Shown: positions 52,284 to 62,290 of the stretch, one piece after another
How the letters are laid out: the number at the start of each line of letters is the position of its first letter
Position numbering within the stretch: position 1 is the stretch's first letter
Notes under the pieces: generated by a model
What the model was told of the DNA's origin: nothing
Databases searched by the model: none
Seen by the model: only the letters and a program-made list of their open reading frames with translations
Program-made: the position numbers and the translations under genes
Assembly (NCBI GenBank): GCA_964561465.1
Contig: CAZLPP010000003.1
Location: 1 to 62,290, forward strand
Length of the DNA: 62,290 bases
Origin: an uncultured Dehalococcoidales bacterium
GTDB taxonomy: Bacteria; Chloroflexota; Dehalococcoidia; GIF9; AB-539-J10
Direction of reading: 5' to 3'

Positions 52284-54923
52284 CTATCCGCCCTTGTGAG
52301 CCGAAAGCTGCTCCTCGATGGCGCGCCGTGCCTCAGCCAGGGCTTCTTCGATCTTCGAGGCATCCTTGCCGCCGGCCTGGGCCATGGTGGGCTTGCCGCC
52401 ACCTCCACCGCCTGCGATGCGCGCTGCTCGCTTGGCTATCTCTCCCGCATGCACTCCTCGTGACGTGAGTGACTGAGAGACCATGACCAGGAACAGCGGT
52501 CGCTCGTTCTCGACGGTAGCGAAGGCGAGGACGGACTCGCCGAGACGGTCGCGCAGGACGTCGCCCATCTCTCGCAGGGTTTCGATAGAGAGTTCCTGCA
52601 CGCGTGCGGCGATGACCGGCACGCCGGAGACCATGACCGCCTGGCCGACGAGGGATGCGACGCTTGCCGAGGAGAGCTGCTTCTCCAGGAGCCCGAGCCG
52701 CTTCCGCGCTGCATCGAGTTCGACGAGCGTCGAGTTGACGCGGTCGGGCACTTCAGCCGGGGTCACACCGAGCTGGGAGGCAATCGATTCCAGGGTCTGT
52801 GTCCGGGACCGGAGCAGCGCCTCGGCGGCGCGGCCCGTGACCGCTTCCACGCGGCGCAGACCGGTGCCCACGCTGCCCTCGGTGACGATGACGAGCATGC
52901 CTATCTGGCCGGTCGTGCGAACGTGTGTGCCGCCGCACAGCTCGGTGCTCACGGGCGGCTGGCCGACGCTGACGACCCGCACGCGGTCGCCGTACTTCTC
53001 GTCGAACAGCGCAATCGCGCCTTCCGAGACAGCCTCGTCGTAGGATGCCAGGCGGGTGGCGACGGGGAGGTCGGCGCGGATCTTCTCATTGACCCACTGC
53101 TCCACCTGGATGATGCGCTCGCGCTCCACGGGTCCCATCCACGAGAAGTCGAAGCGGAAGCGCTCGGGTTCGACGAGGGAGCCGCGCTGGGCGACCTGGC
53201 GACCGAGAGTGGCGCGCAGCGCCGCCTGCAGCAGGTGCGTGGCGGTATGGTTGCGCGCGATATCGAGCCTTCGTCCCTCCTCGACCTCGGCCACCACCCT
53301 GTCCCCCACCGAGATTGCGCCTCTCACGACATGCCCCCGGTGCACCGTGATGTCAGCGCCGGTCCTGATGGTTCCCCGCACGTCTATCTCCACCCCTGCG
53401 TTTGACAGACGTCCGGAATCGCCGACCTGGCCGCCCATGTCGCCGTAGAAGGGAGAGCGGTCAAGAATTATGTCGACTTCCGAGCCCTCCCCGGCTGTCT
53501 GCAGCGTGGAACCGTCCTGCCGCAGCGCGACGACGGTAGCCTCGGAGGACAGGCGGTCGTACCCTTCGAACACGGTCGCCGCAGTGCCCTTCAGGTCGAC
53601 CGAAGAGTCGAAGGCGACATTGAATCCGTGTGCGGAGCGAGCCTTCTCACGCTGCCCTGCCAGAGCCTTCTCGAACCCTTCGACGTCGATCGCGAGCCCT
53701 CGCTCATGGGCCACCTCGGCGGTCAGCTCCCTGGGAAAGCCGTACGTGTCGTAAAGCCGGAAAACGTCGGCGCCGGCCAGCGTCTTCCTGCCCTTCGAGA
53801 CTGCCTTCTCGACCAGGTCGTCGACGATGCCCATGCCTGTTTCGAGCGTGGCGAGGAAGCGCTTCTCCTCGGCCTCGATGACGTCGTGCACCAGTTGCGC
53901 CTGCCGGACGAGCTCCGGATAGGTGCCGCCCATCTGGCGGATCACGTCGGCAGCTACGGCGGACAGGAATGGCTCCGTCAGGCCGAGCCGCCTGCCGAAG
54001 AGAGAGGCGCGCCGCAGAAGGCGACGGAGCACGTAGCCACGGCCTTCGTTGGTCGGGAGCACGCCGTCTGCCACGAGGAAGGAGATGCCGCGCCCGTGCT
54101 CGACGACGATGCGCATCGCCCGGTCCATGGCAGTCTCTTCGCCGTACCGCTTGCCGCAGAGTGACGAGACGAGCCCGAGCGCTCCGGAGAAGATGTCGGT
54201 CTCGTAGACGTTGTTCTTGCCCTGGACGATTGCGGTGGCGCGCTCGAGGCCCATGCCGGTGTCGATGTTCGGCTTCGGAAGAGGCGTGCGGGAGCCGTCC
54301 GGCTTCTGGTCGTACTGCGTGAAGACGAGGTTCCATATCTCCACGAACCGGCCGCAGGAGCAGTTCGGTCCGCAGGTCGGCTTGCCGCAACTGCGCTCAG
54401 CTCCCAGGTCGTAGTGCAGCTCGCTGCAGGGTCCACAGGGACCTGAGTTGCCGGCCGGACCCCAGAAGTTGTCCTTGTCGCCGAAGCGCCATATCTTCTC
54501 CGCGGGCATGCCGATGGCCCGCCACATCTCGAAGGCTTCGTCATCGTCCAGGTAGATGGTCGCCCAGACCCGCGCCGGTTCGAGTCCCAGGTTCTTCGTG
54601 ACATACTCCCAGGCCCAGGCGATGGCTTCCTTCTTGAAGTAGTCGCCTACGCTGAAGTTGCCGAGCATCTCGAAGAACGTCAGGTGGGTGTTGTCGCCGA
54701 CCGACTCCACGTCGGTGGTGCGGAAGCACTTCTGGCAGGAGGCAAGCCGGGGGTTGGGCGGGCGCTGCAACCCGAGGAAGTAGGGCTTTATCTGCACCAT
54801 GCCTGCGGTGGTCAGCAGCAGTGTGGGGTCGCCGTGCGGCACGAGCGACGAGCTGGGCAGAATGGTGTGCCCGTGCTCGCGGAAGAAACCAAGGTAGGAT
54901 TCGCGGACTTCAGAGCTTGTCAT
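52284..54923 (-). CDS. alaS: Alanine--tRNA ligase
   Basis: MTSSEVRESYLGFFREHGHTILPSSSLVP, FEMLGNFS, editing domain HTATHLL, C-terminal GGGGGKPTMAQAGG. I prefer the ATG at 54923. Confidence 0.95.
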   Translation of the reverse strand: MTSSEVRESYLGFFREHGHTILPSSSLVPHGDPTLLLTTAGMVQIKPYFLGLQRPPNPRLASCQKCFRTTDVESVGDNTHLTFFEMLGNFSVGDYFKKEAIAWAWEYVTKNLGLEPARVWATIYLDDDEAFEMWRAIGMPAEKIWRFGDKDNFWGPAGNSGPCGPCSELHYDLGAERSCGKPTCGPNCSCGRFVEIWNLVFTQYDQKPDGSRTPLPKPNIDTGMGLERATAIVQGKNNVYETDIFSGALGLVSSLCGKRYGEETAMDRAMRIVVEHGRGISFLVADGVLPTNEGRGYVLRRLLRRASLFGRRLGLTEPFLSAVAADVIRQMGGTYPELVRQAQLVHDVIEAEEKRFLATLETGMGIVDDLVEKAVSKGRKTLAGADVFRLYDTYGFPRELTAEVAHERGLAIDVEGFEKALAGQREKARSAHGFNVAFDSSVDLKGTAATVFEGYDRLSSEATVVALRQDGSTLQTAGEGSEVDIILDRSPFYGDMGGQVGDSGRLSNAGVEIDVRGTIRTGADITVHRGHVVRGAISVGDRVVAEVEEGRRLDIARNHTATHLLQAALRATLGRQVAQRGSLVEPERFRFDFSWMGPVERERIIQVEQWVNEKIRADLPVATRLASYDEAVSEGAIALFDEKYGDRVRVVSVGQPPVSTELCGGTHVRTTGQIGMLVIVTEGSVGTGLRRVEAVTGRAAEALLRSRTQTLESIASQLGVTPAEVPDRVNSTLVELDAARKRLGLLEKQLSSASVASLVGQAVMVSGVPVIAARVQELSIETLREMGDVLRDRLGESVLAFATVENERPLFLVMVSQSLTSRGVHAGEIAKRAARIAGGGGGGKPTMAQAGGKDASKIEEALAEARRAIEEQLSAHKGG

Positions 54924-55008
54924 ACATGAACGCCTCAGCGAAAGATGTGGCCGACATCTTATCACAAACGTGGGTTGACACGAACGAGGCGGCGACGAAG
55001 GAAGGAAA

Positions 55009-56028
55009 TCAGATCCGCGTTGGCGCCGGTAGAAGGTCGGTGACCAGGAGGTCCAGGGCGGTGCGTTCGGTGCATGCGCCGGTCTTGATTGAGCGGTCAG
55101 CCACGATTACGGCGTCGAGGGCCCGCCGAAGCCTTCGCTCATCGAACCTCCGGGATTGCCCGGCTGCTCGGTCGCGGGCGAACTCATGCAACCCGGCCAG
55201 CTCGGCCGACGGCTCGTCCCCGGCGGTACCCCGGTGCGCTTCCAGCAACTGGGCGATGATGCGTATCTGCCGCTCGACCATCGTGAAGATGTACCCGGCG
55301 GAAAGGCCGTCCCGGTACATCTGCTCGAGCCGAAGCCGGGCGTTCGCCTGCCGGCCTTCGACGATGGCGTCGACGAGCGTGAAGATGGTTGAAGACGCCG
55401 AATTGGCGGTCATGTGTTTGACCATGTCTGCGGTGATGAGCCGTCCGTCAGCATACACGGCGAGCTTCTCGATCTCAGCGTGCACGATCCAGAGGTCAGC
55501 GGCAGCGAGACTGCCGAGAAGTCCTGCCGCCTCCTCGTCGATGCGCGCTCCTGCGGCTTCCGCCCGCTGGCGTACCCAGGCAGTGAGCTTGTCCCCTCGT
55601 GGCGCCGCCATGAAGCGGATGTCCGGCCCCGGCAGCGCCTTGAGCGCCTTCAGCAGGTAGTTGCCCGGCTTGAGCTCGGCATCGATGAGCACGAGCACGC
55701 TGGCGTCCGGCAGCGCGGCAGCCTGTGGGACGAAGGCTTCCCATTCCGGAGACAGCCCGGCCTTCTTCGCCTTGGACTTGCGGGACCGGTCTCCCGACGG
55801 CTTCCTGGGCTCGAACCGGGACAGGAGGCCATCGACAACTACGACGCGCCGGGCGCTGAGCAGCGAGAACTGCTGGCACGCGGTAGCTATCTGTGCCGGC
55901 GTCGCCGCCGCTCCATCCATCCAGACGACCTCGGGTCTATCGTCCTCTGCGCCCTGTTGCGGCTCGAAGATGCGGTGCAGTTCCTCATGCGCCGTGAACG
56001 TATCCGGTCCGTAGAAGACGTGGAGCAC
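55009..56028 (-). CDS. holA: DNA polymerase III subunit delta
   Basis: Length and blocks VFYGPDTF..., typical position near alaS/ychF. GTG start. Identification is by overall pattern only. Confidence 0.65.
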   Translation of the reverse strand: MLHVFYGPDTFTAHEELHRIFEPQQGAEDDRPEVVWMDGAAATPAQIATACQQFSLLSARRVVVVDGLLSRFEPRKPSGDRSRKSKAKKAGLSPEWEAFVPQAAALPDASVLVLIDAELKPGNYLLKALKALPGPDIRFMAAPRGDKLTAWVRQRAEAAGARIDEEAAGLLGSLAAADLWIVHAEIEKLAVYADGRLITADMVKHMTANSASSTIFTLVDAIVEGRQANARLRLEQMYRDGLSAGYIFTMVERQIRIIAQLLEAHRGTAGDEPSAELAGLHEFARDRAAGQSRRFDERRLRRALDAVIVADRSIKTGACTERTALDLLVTDLLPAPTRI

Positions 56029-56111
56029 CCGTTGATTCTAGCATGTGATTCCGAGGCGGAAGGGGCTTCGCCGGACGTCCTTCGATGTTACAATGTGGCG
56101 TACGGCAAGCG

Positions 56112-57203
56112 ATGAAAGCGGCAATCGTCGGCCTTCGACACTGCGGTAAGACCACGTTGTTCAACGCGCTCACCCGGGGCGTTGCCGAGGTAGGTTCGTA
56201 CTCGTCAGCTCTCAAGCCCAACATCGGAGTCCGCAAGGTTGATGACCCGCGCCTCGACGTGCTGGCGAAGCTGACTCATTCCGCGCGCATCGTCCCTGCC
56301 GAAGTGAACGTCACGGACGTCAACTACGTCCCTCGGGAGTCCCAGGAGAGCGGAGGCATCTCCGCGGAGGTCCTCGGGTACCTGTCGACCGCCGAGGCGC
56401 TGCTGCAGGTGGTCCGGTGCTTCGAAGAGCCTTCGGTGCCGCACCCGCTCGGCTCGATAGACCCGGCGCGCGACGTCGCCACATTCGACCTCGAGCTTGC
56501 CTTCTCGGACCTCGGTGTGCTGGAGCGTCGACTGCTCCGCCTGAAGGACAAGATGAAGGCGGCGAAGCCCCAGGAGCGCGCCGCGCAGCAGGTCGAGCAG
56601 ACGCTGCTGGAGCGCATCAAGCAGGAGCTCGAAGCCGAAGTCCCCATTCGGCGCCAGACGCTCACCGACGACGAGCGGAAGCTGCTGTCGGGATACCAGT
56701 TCCTGACTGCGAAACCGACGCTCATCATAGCGAACATGAAGGAAGGCGAGCTATCGCGCGCCGCCGAGGTGGAGCAGGCGGTCAAGGCGAGGTTCCCCGA
56801 GTTCCTCGTTTTGCCCGTGTGCGCGAAGCTGGAGATGGAGCTGCTTGAGCTGGGCCCGGAAGAAGCGGCGGAGTATCGTGAAGCGGTGGGTTCCCCGGCC
56901 GGCAGCATCGAGCGTATCGTCTCCGAGTGCCTGCGCGTCCTCGGACTGGTGTCCTTCCTCACCACCGGTCCCGACGAGACACGCGCCTGGACCATCCAGC
57001 GCGGCACGCCGGCGCCGCAGGCCGCGGGCAAGGTGCATTCCGACATCGAGAAGGGGTTCATCCGCGCCGAGGTCATCACCTACGACGATTTTGTCGCCTG
57101 CGGCACGGAGCACGAAGCTCGCAAGCGAGGTGTTCTGCGCCTCGAGGGCAAGGACTACGTCGTCCAGGACGGCGATGTAGTGAACTTCCTCTTCAACGTG
57201 TGA
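56112..57203 (+). CDS. ychF: Redox-regulated ATPase YchF (Obg-like)
   Basis: MKAAIVGLRHCGKTTLFNALT (P-loop), coiled-coil insert, C-terminal TGPDETRAWTIQRGTPAPQAAGKVHSDIEKGFIRAEV (TGS/YchF C-domain). Confidence 0.85.
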   Translation: MKAAIVGLRHCGKTTLFNALTRGVAEVGSYSSALKPNIGVRKVDDPRLDVLAKLTHSARIVPAEVNVTDVNYVPRESQESGGISAEVLGYLSTAEALLQVVRCFEEPSVPHPLGSIDPARDVATFDLELAFSDLGVLERRLLRLKDKMKAAKPQERAAQQVEQTLLERIKQELEAEVPIRRQTLTDDERKLLSGYQFLTAKPTLIIANMKEGELSRAAEVEQAVKARFPEFLVLPVCAKLEMELLELGPEEAAEYREAVGSPAGSIERIVSECLRVLGLVSFLTTGPDETRAWTIQRGTPAPQAAGKVHSDIEKGFIRAEVITYDDFVACGTEHEARKRGVLRLEGKDYVVQDGDVVNFLFNV

Positions 57204-57298
57204 CTCCGGGTTCCCTCGGACTCGTGCGGGATCCGACTCAGCCGCGAACCGCTGGCGGCGCGCGACGAGCATACTGTGAGCGAAGGGAGTGACACACC

Positions 57299-58069
57299 AT
57301 GGCTGAAGTGAAGGTTATCCCCTGCCTGGATGTGAAGGACGGTCGCGTCGTCAAGGGCGTGAAGTTCGAGAACCTGCGCGACGCGCGGGACATCGTCGAA
57401 GCGGCGAAAGCGTATCAGTCCCAGGGCGCCGACGAGATCGTCATACTCGACATCGCGGCGACGGTTGAGAATCGAGGCACACGGCTCGAGTGGGTGAAGA
57501 AGCTCGCGAAGGCCATCACCATCCCGTTCGCCGTCGGCGGCGGCATCCGCACGACCGACGACATGCAGGCGCTCTTTGACCTCGGTGCGGCCAAGGCCTC
57601 CATCAACACCGCTGCGGTGAAGCACCCTGCTCTGATCGAGGAATCGGCGAAGCGCTTCGGCGCGTCGCGCCTCGTTGTTGCCATCGACGGAAAGAAGAAC
57701 CAGATAGGCTCGGGCAAGCCGAGGCTCGAGGTCGTGGTGAGCGGCGGCAACGAGTCCACCGGCCTGGATATCGTCGAATGGGCGCGCCAGGTGGAGCGCC
57801 TCGGCGCGGGCGAGATACTTCTGACGAGCAAGGATGCGGACGGGACGAAGGACGGGTACGACATCGAGATGACGCGCGCGGTGGCTGAGGCGGTGCGCAT
57901 CCCGGTGACCGCTTCCGGTGGCGCCGGCAAGCTGGAGCACCTGTATCAGGCGGTTGTGGAGGGAAAGGCGTCCGCTGTGCTTGCCGCGTCCGTCTTCCAC
58001 TTCGGGGAGATATCCGTTCGAGAGGCGAAGGAGTACCTCCGCTCCCGCGGCATCGAAGTCAGGCTGTAG
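57299..58069 (+). CDS. hisF: Imidazole glycerol phosphate synthase cyclase subunit
   Basis: VIPCLDVKDGRVVKGVKF, GADEIVILDI, PFAVGGGIRT, GAGEILLTSKDADGTKDGYD, ASGGAG. Confidence 0.9.
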   Translation: MAEVKVIPCLDVKDGRVVKGVKFENLRDARDIVEAAKAYQSQGADEIVILDIAATVENRGTRLEWVKKLAKAITIPFAVGGGIRTTDDMQALFDLGAAKASINTAAVKHPALIEESAKRFGASRLVVAIDGKKNQIGSGKPRLEVVVSGGNESTGLDIVEWARQVERLGAGEILLTSKDADGTKDGYDIEMTRAVAEAVRIPVTASGGAGKLEHLYQAVVEGKASAVLAASVFHFGEISVREAKEYLRSRGIEVRL

Positions 58070-58117
58070 ACGATTCCGTGCCTCTAGACGGTCGAGGCGC
58101 GGCTGCCACGGACAGGA

Positions 58118-58143
58118 AAGCGGGGCGTGTGAGCGCCCCGCTT
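58118..58143 (+). terminator. Intrinsic terminator after hisF
   Basis: AAGCGGGGCG (58118-58127) / CGCCCCGCTT (58134-58143), followed by CTTCTTAGTT. Confidence 0.55.
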
Positions 58144-58168
58144 CTTCTTAGTTGCTTGTCGCGTTCGG

Positions 58169-59377
58169 TCAGGCGTGCAGCTCGGCAATGGCCTTCGTGA
58201 CGTTGGCGAGGGCCGCGGTGCAGTCGCTGTCGCTGATGGCCAGTGAGAAGCGGATGTGCGTGTCCAGGCCGAAAGGTCCGCCTTCCACCGCCGCGACGAA
58301 CGCCTTCCGCAGCAGGAAGTCGCGGAAGCCCGTTGAGTCCTTGATGGTCGTCTTACCGGCGTCGTGCTCGTACGACTTGCCGTACAGCCCTGAGACGTCC
58401 GGAAAGCAGTAGAACGCCCCCTCCGGTTTCGGGCAGGAGATGCCCTTGATGGCGTTCAAGCCGGCCACGAACAGGTCGCGGTTCTTCTCATAGCGGGCGA
58501 CCATGGTCTTCGTTCCCTGCCGCGCCTGCTCGCTGCGGTATGCCACTTCGACGGCGTGCTGAACCGGTCGGGAGGCGTTGCTGGTGTGTCCGAGGATGGC
58601 ATTGCAGGCCTTGATGAGCTCCACCGGCCCGGCGACGAAGCCGAGCCGCCATCCGGGCATGCCGAACCGCTTGGACGGCCCGTCGATGAGCACCGTCTTG
58701 TCGTACGGCAGGATGACCGAGAAGATGCTTGGAGCGGCTTTGCCGTCGAAGGCGAACTCGCGGTAGATCTCGTCCGCGATGAGCCAGACGCCGGCCTCGC
58801 GCGCAATCCGGGCGAGCTCGGCCAGTTCGTCACGCGTGTAGACCACGCCGGTGGGGTTACTGGGCGAGCTGTAGATGATGGCCTTGGTGCGGTTCGGCTT
58901 GATGGCCGCCGCGGTCGCTTTCAGGTCCGGGTGCAGGTCGGGCTTCGATGCGACGCAGACTGCAGTACCGCCGCAGATGCCGACGACTTCCGGGTAGGTG
59001 ACCCAGTAGGGTGCGAGCACGATGACCTCGTCACCGGGGTCGAGGATGGCGCGCATGACGGTATCGATTGCGCCCTTGGCGCCGACCGCCACCACGATGT
59101 TGTCGGCTGTGAAATTGGAGCCCGTCTCCTTGTTCGTCACCTCCGCGAGCAGGGGGCGAAGACCGGCTTCCCCCGGTATGGGGCCGTACTTGAACAGCTT
59201 GCCGCCTTCGACGAGCGCGGCGAGGACGTCCGGCGTGGGGCCGACGTCCGGCTGTCCGGCGGTAAGGTCCAGTATCTTGACCTTGTTCGCGGTCTCTATC
59301 CGGGTGATCTCGTTCTTGAGAGAGAGCGTTGCCGAGGGTTTGACTGCCTTTGCGATTGCGCTCAATTGAGCTGTCAT
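58169..59377 (-). CDS. Pyridoxal-phosphate-dependent aminotransferase (class I, aspartate-aminotransferase-like)
   Basis: LTAGQPD, NPTGVVY, SKRFGMPGWRLGF (PLP-Lys block). Confidence 0.85.
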   Translation of the reverse strand: MTAQLSAIAKAVKPSATLSLKNEITRIETANKVKILDLTAGQPDVGPTPDVLAALVEGGKLFKYGPIPGEAGLRPLLAEVTNKETGSNFTADNIVVAVGAKGAIDTVMRAILDPGDEVIVLAPYWVTYPEVVGICGGTAVCVASKPDLHPDLKATAAAIKPNRTKAIIYSSPSNPTGVVYTRDELAELARIAREAGVWLIADEIYREFAFDGKAAPSIFSVILPYDKTVLIDGPSKRFGMPGWRLGFVAGPVELIKACNAILGHTSNASRPVQHAVEVAYRSEQARQGTKTMVARYEKNRDLFVAGLNAIKGISCPKPEGAFYCFPDVSGLYGKSYEHDAGKTTIKDSTGFRDFLLRKAFVAAVEGGPFGLDTHIRFSLAISDSDCTAALANVTKAIAELHA

Positions 59378-59477
59378 GGCCGAACTATCCTCCGGGGGAC
59401 ATATTCTCCGAAACAGCGAGCCCTGTCAATGGCGCGGGAAGGCCGGCGAACGTGCGAGAGGGCATGCGTCCGGTCGG

Positions 59478-60620
59478 TCACGTACCGGCGATGTGGACCA
59501 GCTCGTCGAGCACCTTCATGCCGGTGCCGGTCAACGGGATGAGTACCGTGGCGCCGGGTGTGACACTGCCGTCGCCCAGCGCCTTGAAGAAGGCGGCGAC
59601 GGGAACGGCGCTCGTCGGTTCAACGATGTAACCCCTGTCGGTGAGCCAGCTCAATACCGCTTCGATTTCCAGGTCGCTCACCACCACGCCGAAACCGCCC
59701 GTTTCCCGCACAACACGCGCCATCTCCCGTCTGCGGGGCGGGTCGGCGATGGCGATGGCGTCGGCCAGGTGTGAGCGCTCGTCATGCTCCGGCTCGACGC
59801 CGAGGTCAGCGCAGACCGGCGCATACCCTTCGGCCTGCGCGGCGACGAGTCGCGGCATGTTTGCCATGAGTCCGGCGGAGCGCAGCTCGGTGAATCCCCG
59901 GTGGAGGCCGAGGAGGACGGTACCGGCGCCGACAGGTGCGAAGACCATATTGATGCGGCCGAGGACTTCGATAACTTCGTATGCCATCGTCTTCACGCCG
60001 TGGGCGAAGTAGGGTTGCCACCAGTGACCGGCGTAGGCGGCCTTCCCGCGCGTGGCGGCGAGTGCGGCCGCATGGACGGCCATGCGGTCACCCTCGACCT
60101 CGTGCAGGCCGGCTCCCAGGAGGCGCAGCAGCCGCTTCTTGCCCTCCGGCGTGGACGACGGCAGAAAGACGTCCACCCTCAGACCCAGACGCCGGCCCAT
60201 GCAGGCGGTGGCGACGCCTGCGTTGCCGGACGAGTCGATGACGAGGGAGTTGAAGCCCAGTTCGGCGAGGCGCGCGACCGTCACGTATGCCCCTCGGTCC
60301 TTGAAGGAGCCGCACGGATTGAGGTAATCGAGCTTGAATGCGACCCGCACTCCTTCAACAACTTCGAGTGACAGCGGCGTGTCGCCGATGGGCGTCGGCG
60401 GAGTATGTCGGAGCGGCAGGACCGGAGCGAAGCGTGCGAGGCCCCGGACGGTGCTGGAGCGAGAGGCGTTGACGCGAGCGGCGTCGACGTCAACGTCGAG
60501 CTGAAGCGTCCCGCCACAGGCGTGCCGCCATGTCCATTCGTCGGACGGGAGCCTGGCGCCGCATGCCTGGCAGGTGATGCTGAAGCCGGGGGTGGTGGTT
60601 CCCTTCGTTCTGTTGTCCAT
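59478..60620 (-). CDS. Threonine-synthase-like PLP enzyme with N-terminal zinc-ribbon-like Cys pair
   Basis: ITCQACGARL...HACGG, LNPCGSFKDRGAYV (PLP-Lys), DSSGNAG. I prefer the ATG at 60620 (MDNRTKG). Confidence 0.65.
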   Translation of the reverse strand: MDNRTKGTTTPGFSITCQACGARLPSDEWTWRHACGGTLQLDVDVDAARVNASRSSTVRGLARFAPVLPLRHTPPTPIGDTPLSLEVVEGVRVAFKLDYLNPCGSFKDRGAYVTVARLAELGFNSLVIDSSGNAGVATACMGRRLGLRVDVFLPSSTPEGKKRLLRLLGAGLHEVEGDRMAVHAAALAATRGKAAYAGHWWQPYFAHGVKTMAYEVIEVLGRINMVFAPVGAGTVLLGLHRGFTELRSAGLMANMPRLVAAQAEGYAPVCADLGVEPEHDERSHLADAIAIADPPRRREMARVVRETGGFGVVVSDLEIEAVLSWLTDRGYIVEPTSAVPVAAFFKALGDGSVTPGATVLIPLTGTGMKVLDELVHIAGT

Positions 60621-60808
60621 CGATAGCACCCTTGCGCGTCCCGACGATGATAGCATGGGAGCATCCTGCGGCGGTGCCTGTGGAGGCGCCTGTCGGCAAC
60701 GTCCTACGCCCGCCCGTTGTGCTCTGGGGATGCCCCTGCTACCATAGGTCACTCGCGTCCAGCCGGCTCCCATCCAGCGGGCGCGACACATCTTCTTCGG
60801 AAGCCATC

Positions 60809-61168
60809 GTGGCAGAGATTGGCGTCGACATCATCGAGATACCCCGCATCGCGGAGGCCATCGCGCGCTTCGGTGACCGGTTCCTGCGCCGGGTGTACAC
60901 CGAGCGCGAGGTAGCGAAGTACCGCGACCGCACGTCCTCTCTTGCCACCCGGTTTGCCGCCAAAGAGGCCGTAATGAAGGTGCTCGGCACGGGCGTGCGC
61001 GGCGTCGGCTGGCACGACATCGAGATACTGTCGGACGAGCGGGGCAAACCGGTTGTCTTTCTCCATGGCCGCGCGGCCGAGAGGGCGCAGGCCATCGGCA
61101 TCGCCTCCATCGCGGTCAGCCTCTCGGACAGCAAGGAATACGCCGTGGCGGTGGCGCTTGGGAACTGA
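60809..61168 (+). CDS. acpS: Holo-[acyl-carrier-protein] synthase
   Basis: [11 protein letters not shown]...[14 protein letters not shown]...[15 protein letters not shown] propose the GTG at 60809. The exact start is uncertain. Confidence 0.8.
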   Translation: MAEIGVDIIEIPRIAEAIARFGDRFLRRVYTEREVAKYRDRTSSLATRFAAKEAVMKVLGTGVRGVGWHDIEILSDERGKPVVFLHGRAAERAQAIGIASIAVSLSDSKEYAVAVALGN

Positions 61169-61188
61169 GAGAGGCGGTCGGTAGCGCC

Positions 61189-62290
61189 ATGCTCGCCAAG
61201 GTAATGAGCTGTGCCGTGGTCGGACTGGACGGCGCGCTCGTCGAGGTGGAGGTCGACATCTCCACCGGGCTTCCGTCGTTCGCTGTCGTGGGCCTGCCTG
61301 ACAAGGCCGTTCAGGAGGCGCGTGAGCGCGTCCGCTCCGCCATCCGCAACTCGGGCTTCCGCTTTCCGTCGAAGCGCATCACGGTGAACCTCGCGCCGGC
61401 TGACCTGAAGAAGGAAGGGCCGGCGTACGACCTCGCCATCGCCATCGGACTGCTGATGAGCTCCGACCAGTTGCGCGCCGATGTGCGCGACACGGTCTTC
61501 CTCGGGGAGCTGTCACTCGACGGCCGGCTACGCCATACGCACGGCATCCTGCCGATGGTTACTGTCGCGCGGGACGCGGGCAAGGCGCGCGTGTGTGTGC
61601 CGCTGGATGACTACGCCGAGGCCTCGGTGGCTGGTGGCGTGCAGGTGTGCGCGCCGGAGTCGCTGGCGCAGCTCGTCGCCTTTCTCAAGGGCGAGATCTA
61701 CCTGCCCGAGCCGCCTGCGATTGCCTCGACGGGCGCTTCTGCGCCTGAGGAGTCCTTCGACCTCACCTACATCAAGGGCCAGGAGCACGCCAAGCGAGCG
61801 CTGGAGGTGGCCGCCGCGGGAAGGCACAACCTGCTCATGGCCGGACCGCCCGGGAGCGGCAAGACGATGCTCGCCCGGGCCTTGCCGACGATACTCCCGC
61901 CGCTGACGCACGAAGAGGCGCTGGAGGTGACCAAGGTCTTCAGCGTCACCGGCATGCTGGCGAGAGGGCAGTCACTCGTGACGGAGCGGCCGTTCAGGTC
62001 GCCCCACTACACCATCTCGAACGCGGGCCTCGTCGGCGGCGGGCAGTCTCCCCGTCCCGGTGAGATTAGCCTAAGCCACCGGGGCGTGCTGTTCCTCGAT
62101 GAGTTCCCCGAGTTCGGGCACGTGACGCTCGAATCGCTGCGGCAACCGATGGAGGACCGCCACGTCACGGTGAGCCGCGCCCAGGGCAGCGTCACATTCC
62201 CCGCGAGCTTCATGCTCGTGGGGGCCATGAACCCCTGTCCCTGTGAACACTATGTAGCGCATTCCGGTCTATCGCAAAGACCACTTCGGC
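61189..62290 (+). CDS. comM: Mg-chelatase-like AAA+ protein ComM/YifB (3' end beyond window)
   Basis: Not in the ORF track because no stop is reached. My translation from the ATG at 61189: [25 protein letters not shown]...[22 protein letters not shown]...[33 protein letters not shown]...[11 protein letters not shown]...[10 protein letters not shown]. Confidence 0.9.
   Translation, partial: MLAKVMSCAVVGLDGALVEVEVDISTGLPSFAVVGLPDKAVQEARERVRSAIRNSGFRFPSKRITVNLAPADLKKEGPAYDLAIAIGLLMSSDQLRADVRDTVFLGELSLDGRLRHTHGILPMVTVARDAGKARVCVPLDDYAEASVAGGVQVCAPESLAQLVAFLKGEIYLPEPPAIASTGASAPEESFDLTYIKGQEHAKRALEVAAAGRHNLLMAGPPGSGKTMLARALPTILPPLTHEEALEVTKVFSVTGMLARGQSLVTERPFRSPHYTISNAGLVGGGQSPRPGEISLSHRGVLFLDEFPEFGHVTLESLRQPMEDRHVTVSRAQGSVTFPASFMLVGAMNPCPCEHYVAHSGLSQRPLR

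Noticed and set aside
62245-62290. The last roughly 45 nt look slightly less GC-rich, and the ComM sequence reads [20 protein letters not shown] instead of the NPCPCGY...C.C pattern I expected. I considered a mobile-element junction, because comM is a known integration hotspot.
   Set aside because: Only 15 codons are available. Some ComM/YifB proteins (E. coli type, NPSPTGHY) have similar variants, the frame stays open, and no inverted repeat or att-like feature is visible. The evidence is insufficient.

Overview
GC-rich bacterial chromosomal window with very high coding density. The gene content suggests an anaerobic Chloroflexota-like organism: acVLRF1, a DUF5679-like zinc ribbon, 2-oxoacid:ferredoxin oxidoreductases and an Etf-linked dehydrogenase. 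This taxonomic guess is inference only. I found no rRNA, CRISPR array, transposase, integrase or other recognisable mobile-element gene. About 1-24.4 kb is an accessory-looking stretch of poorly characterised enzymes and DUF proteins. It holds an orphan carboxyltransferase, two C_GCAxxG_C_C proteins in the window (one here), a RecA-like AAA_25 ATPase, two radical SAM proteins, an acVLRF1 peptidyl-tRNA-hydrolase homologue and a transglutaminase-like membrane protein. It also holds an ArsR regulator, a PTE/TPP/DUF1614 operon, DUF362, DUF6282, nitroreductase and flavin reductase. About 24.4-34.4 kb is a minus-strand fermentative block (crotonase, 3-hydroxybutyryl-CoA dehydrogenase, two tandem four-subunit 2-oxoacid:ferredoxin oxidoreductase operons) interleaved with tRNA-Gly, tRNA-Pro and tRNA-Arg, plus two tandem tRNA-Ser genes. 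About 34.4-62.3 kb is core housekeeping: dprA-topA, M24 peptidase-efp, an LctD/EtfAB-like cluster, aspS-tig-clpP, two acyl-CoA dehydrogenases, ruvX-alaS, holA, ychF, hisF, an aminotransferase, a threonine-synthase-like gene, acpS and a partial comM/yifB. I cannot point to one clearly novel system. The best candidates are: (1) the orphan AAA_25 ATPase / PflX-type radical SAM / acVLRF1 neighbourhood at 5.3-9.1 kb; (2) an Arg32-type EF-P translationally coupled to a PHP phosphoesterase and a formyltransferase-fold protein; (3) catabolic operons bracketed by tRNA genes; (4) an 852-nt gene-free, hairpin-dense region at the left edge. All functional calls come from motif recognition by eye, with no database search.
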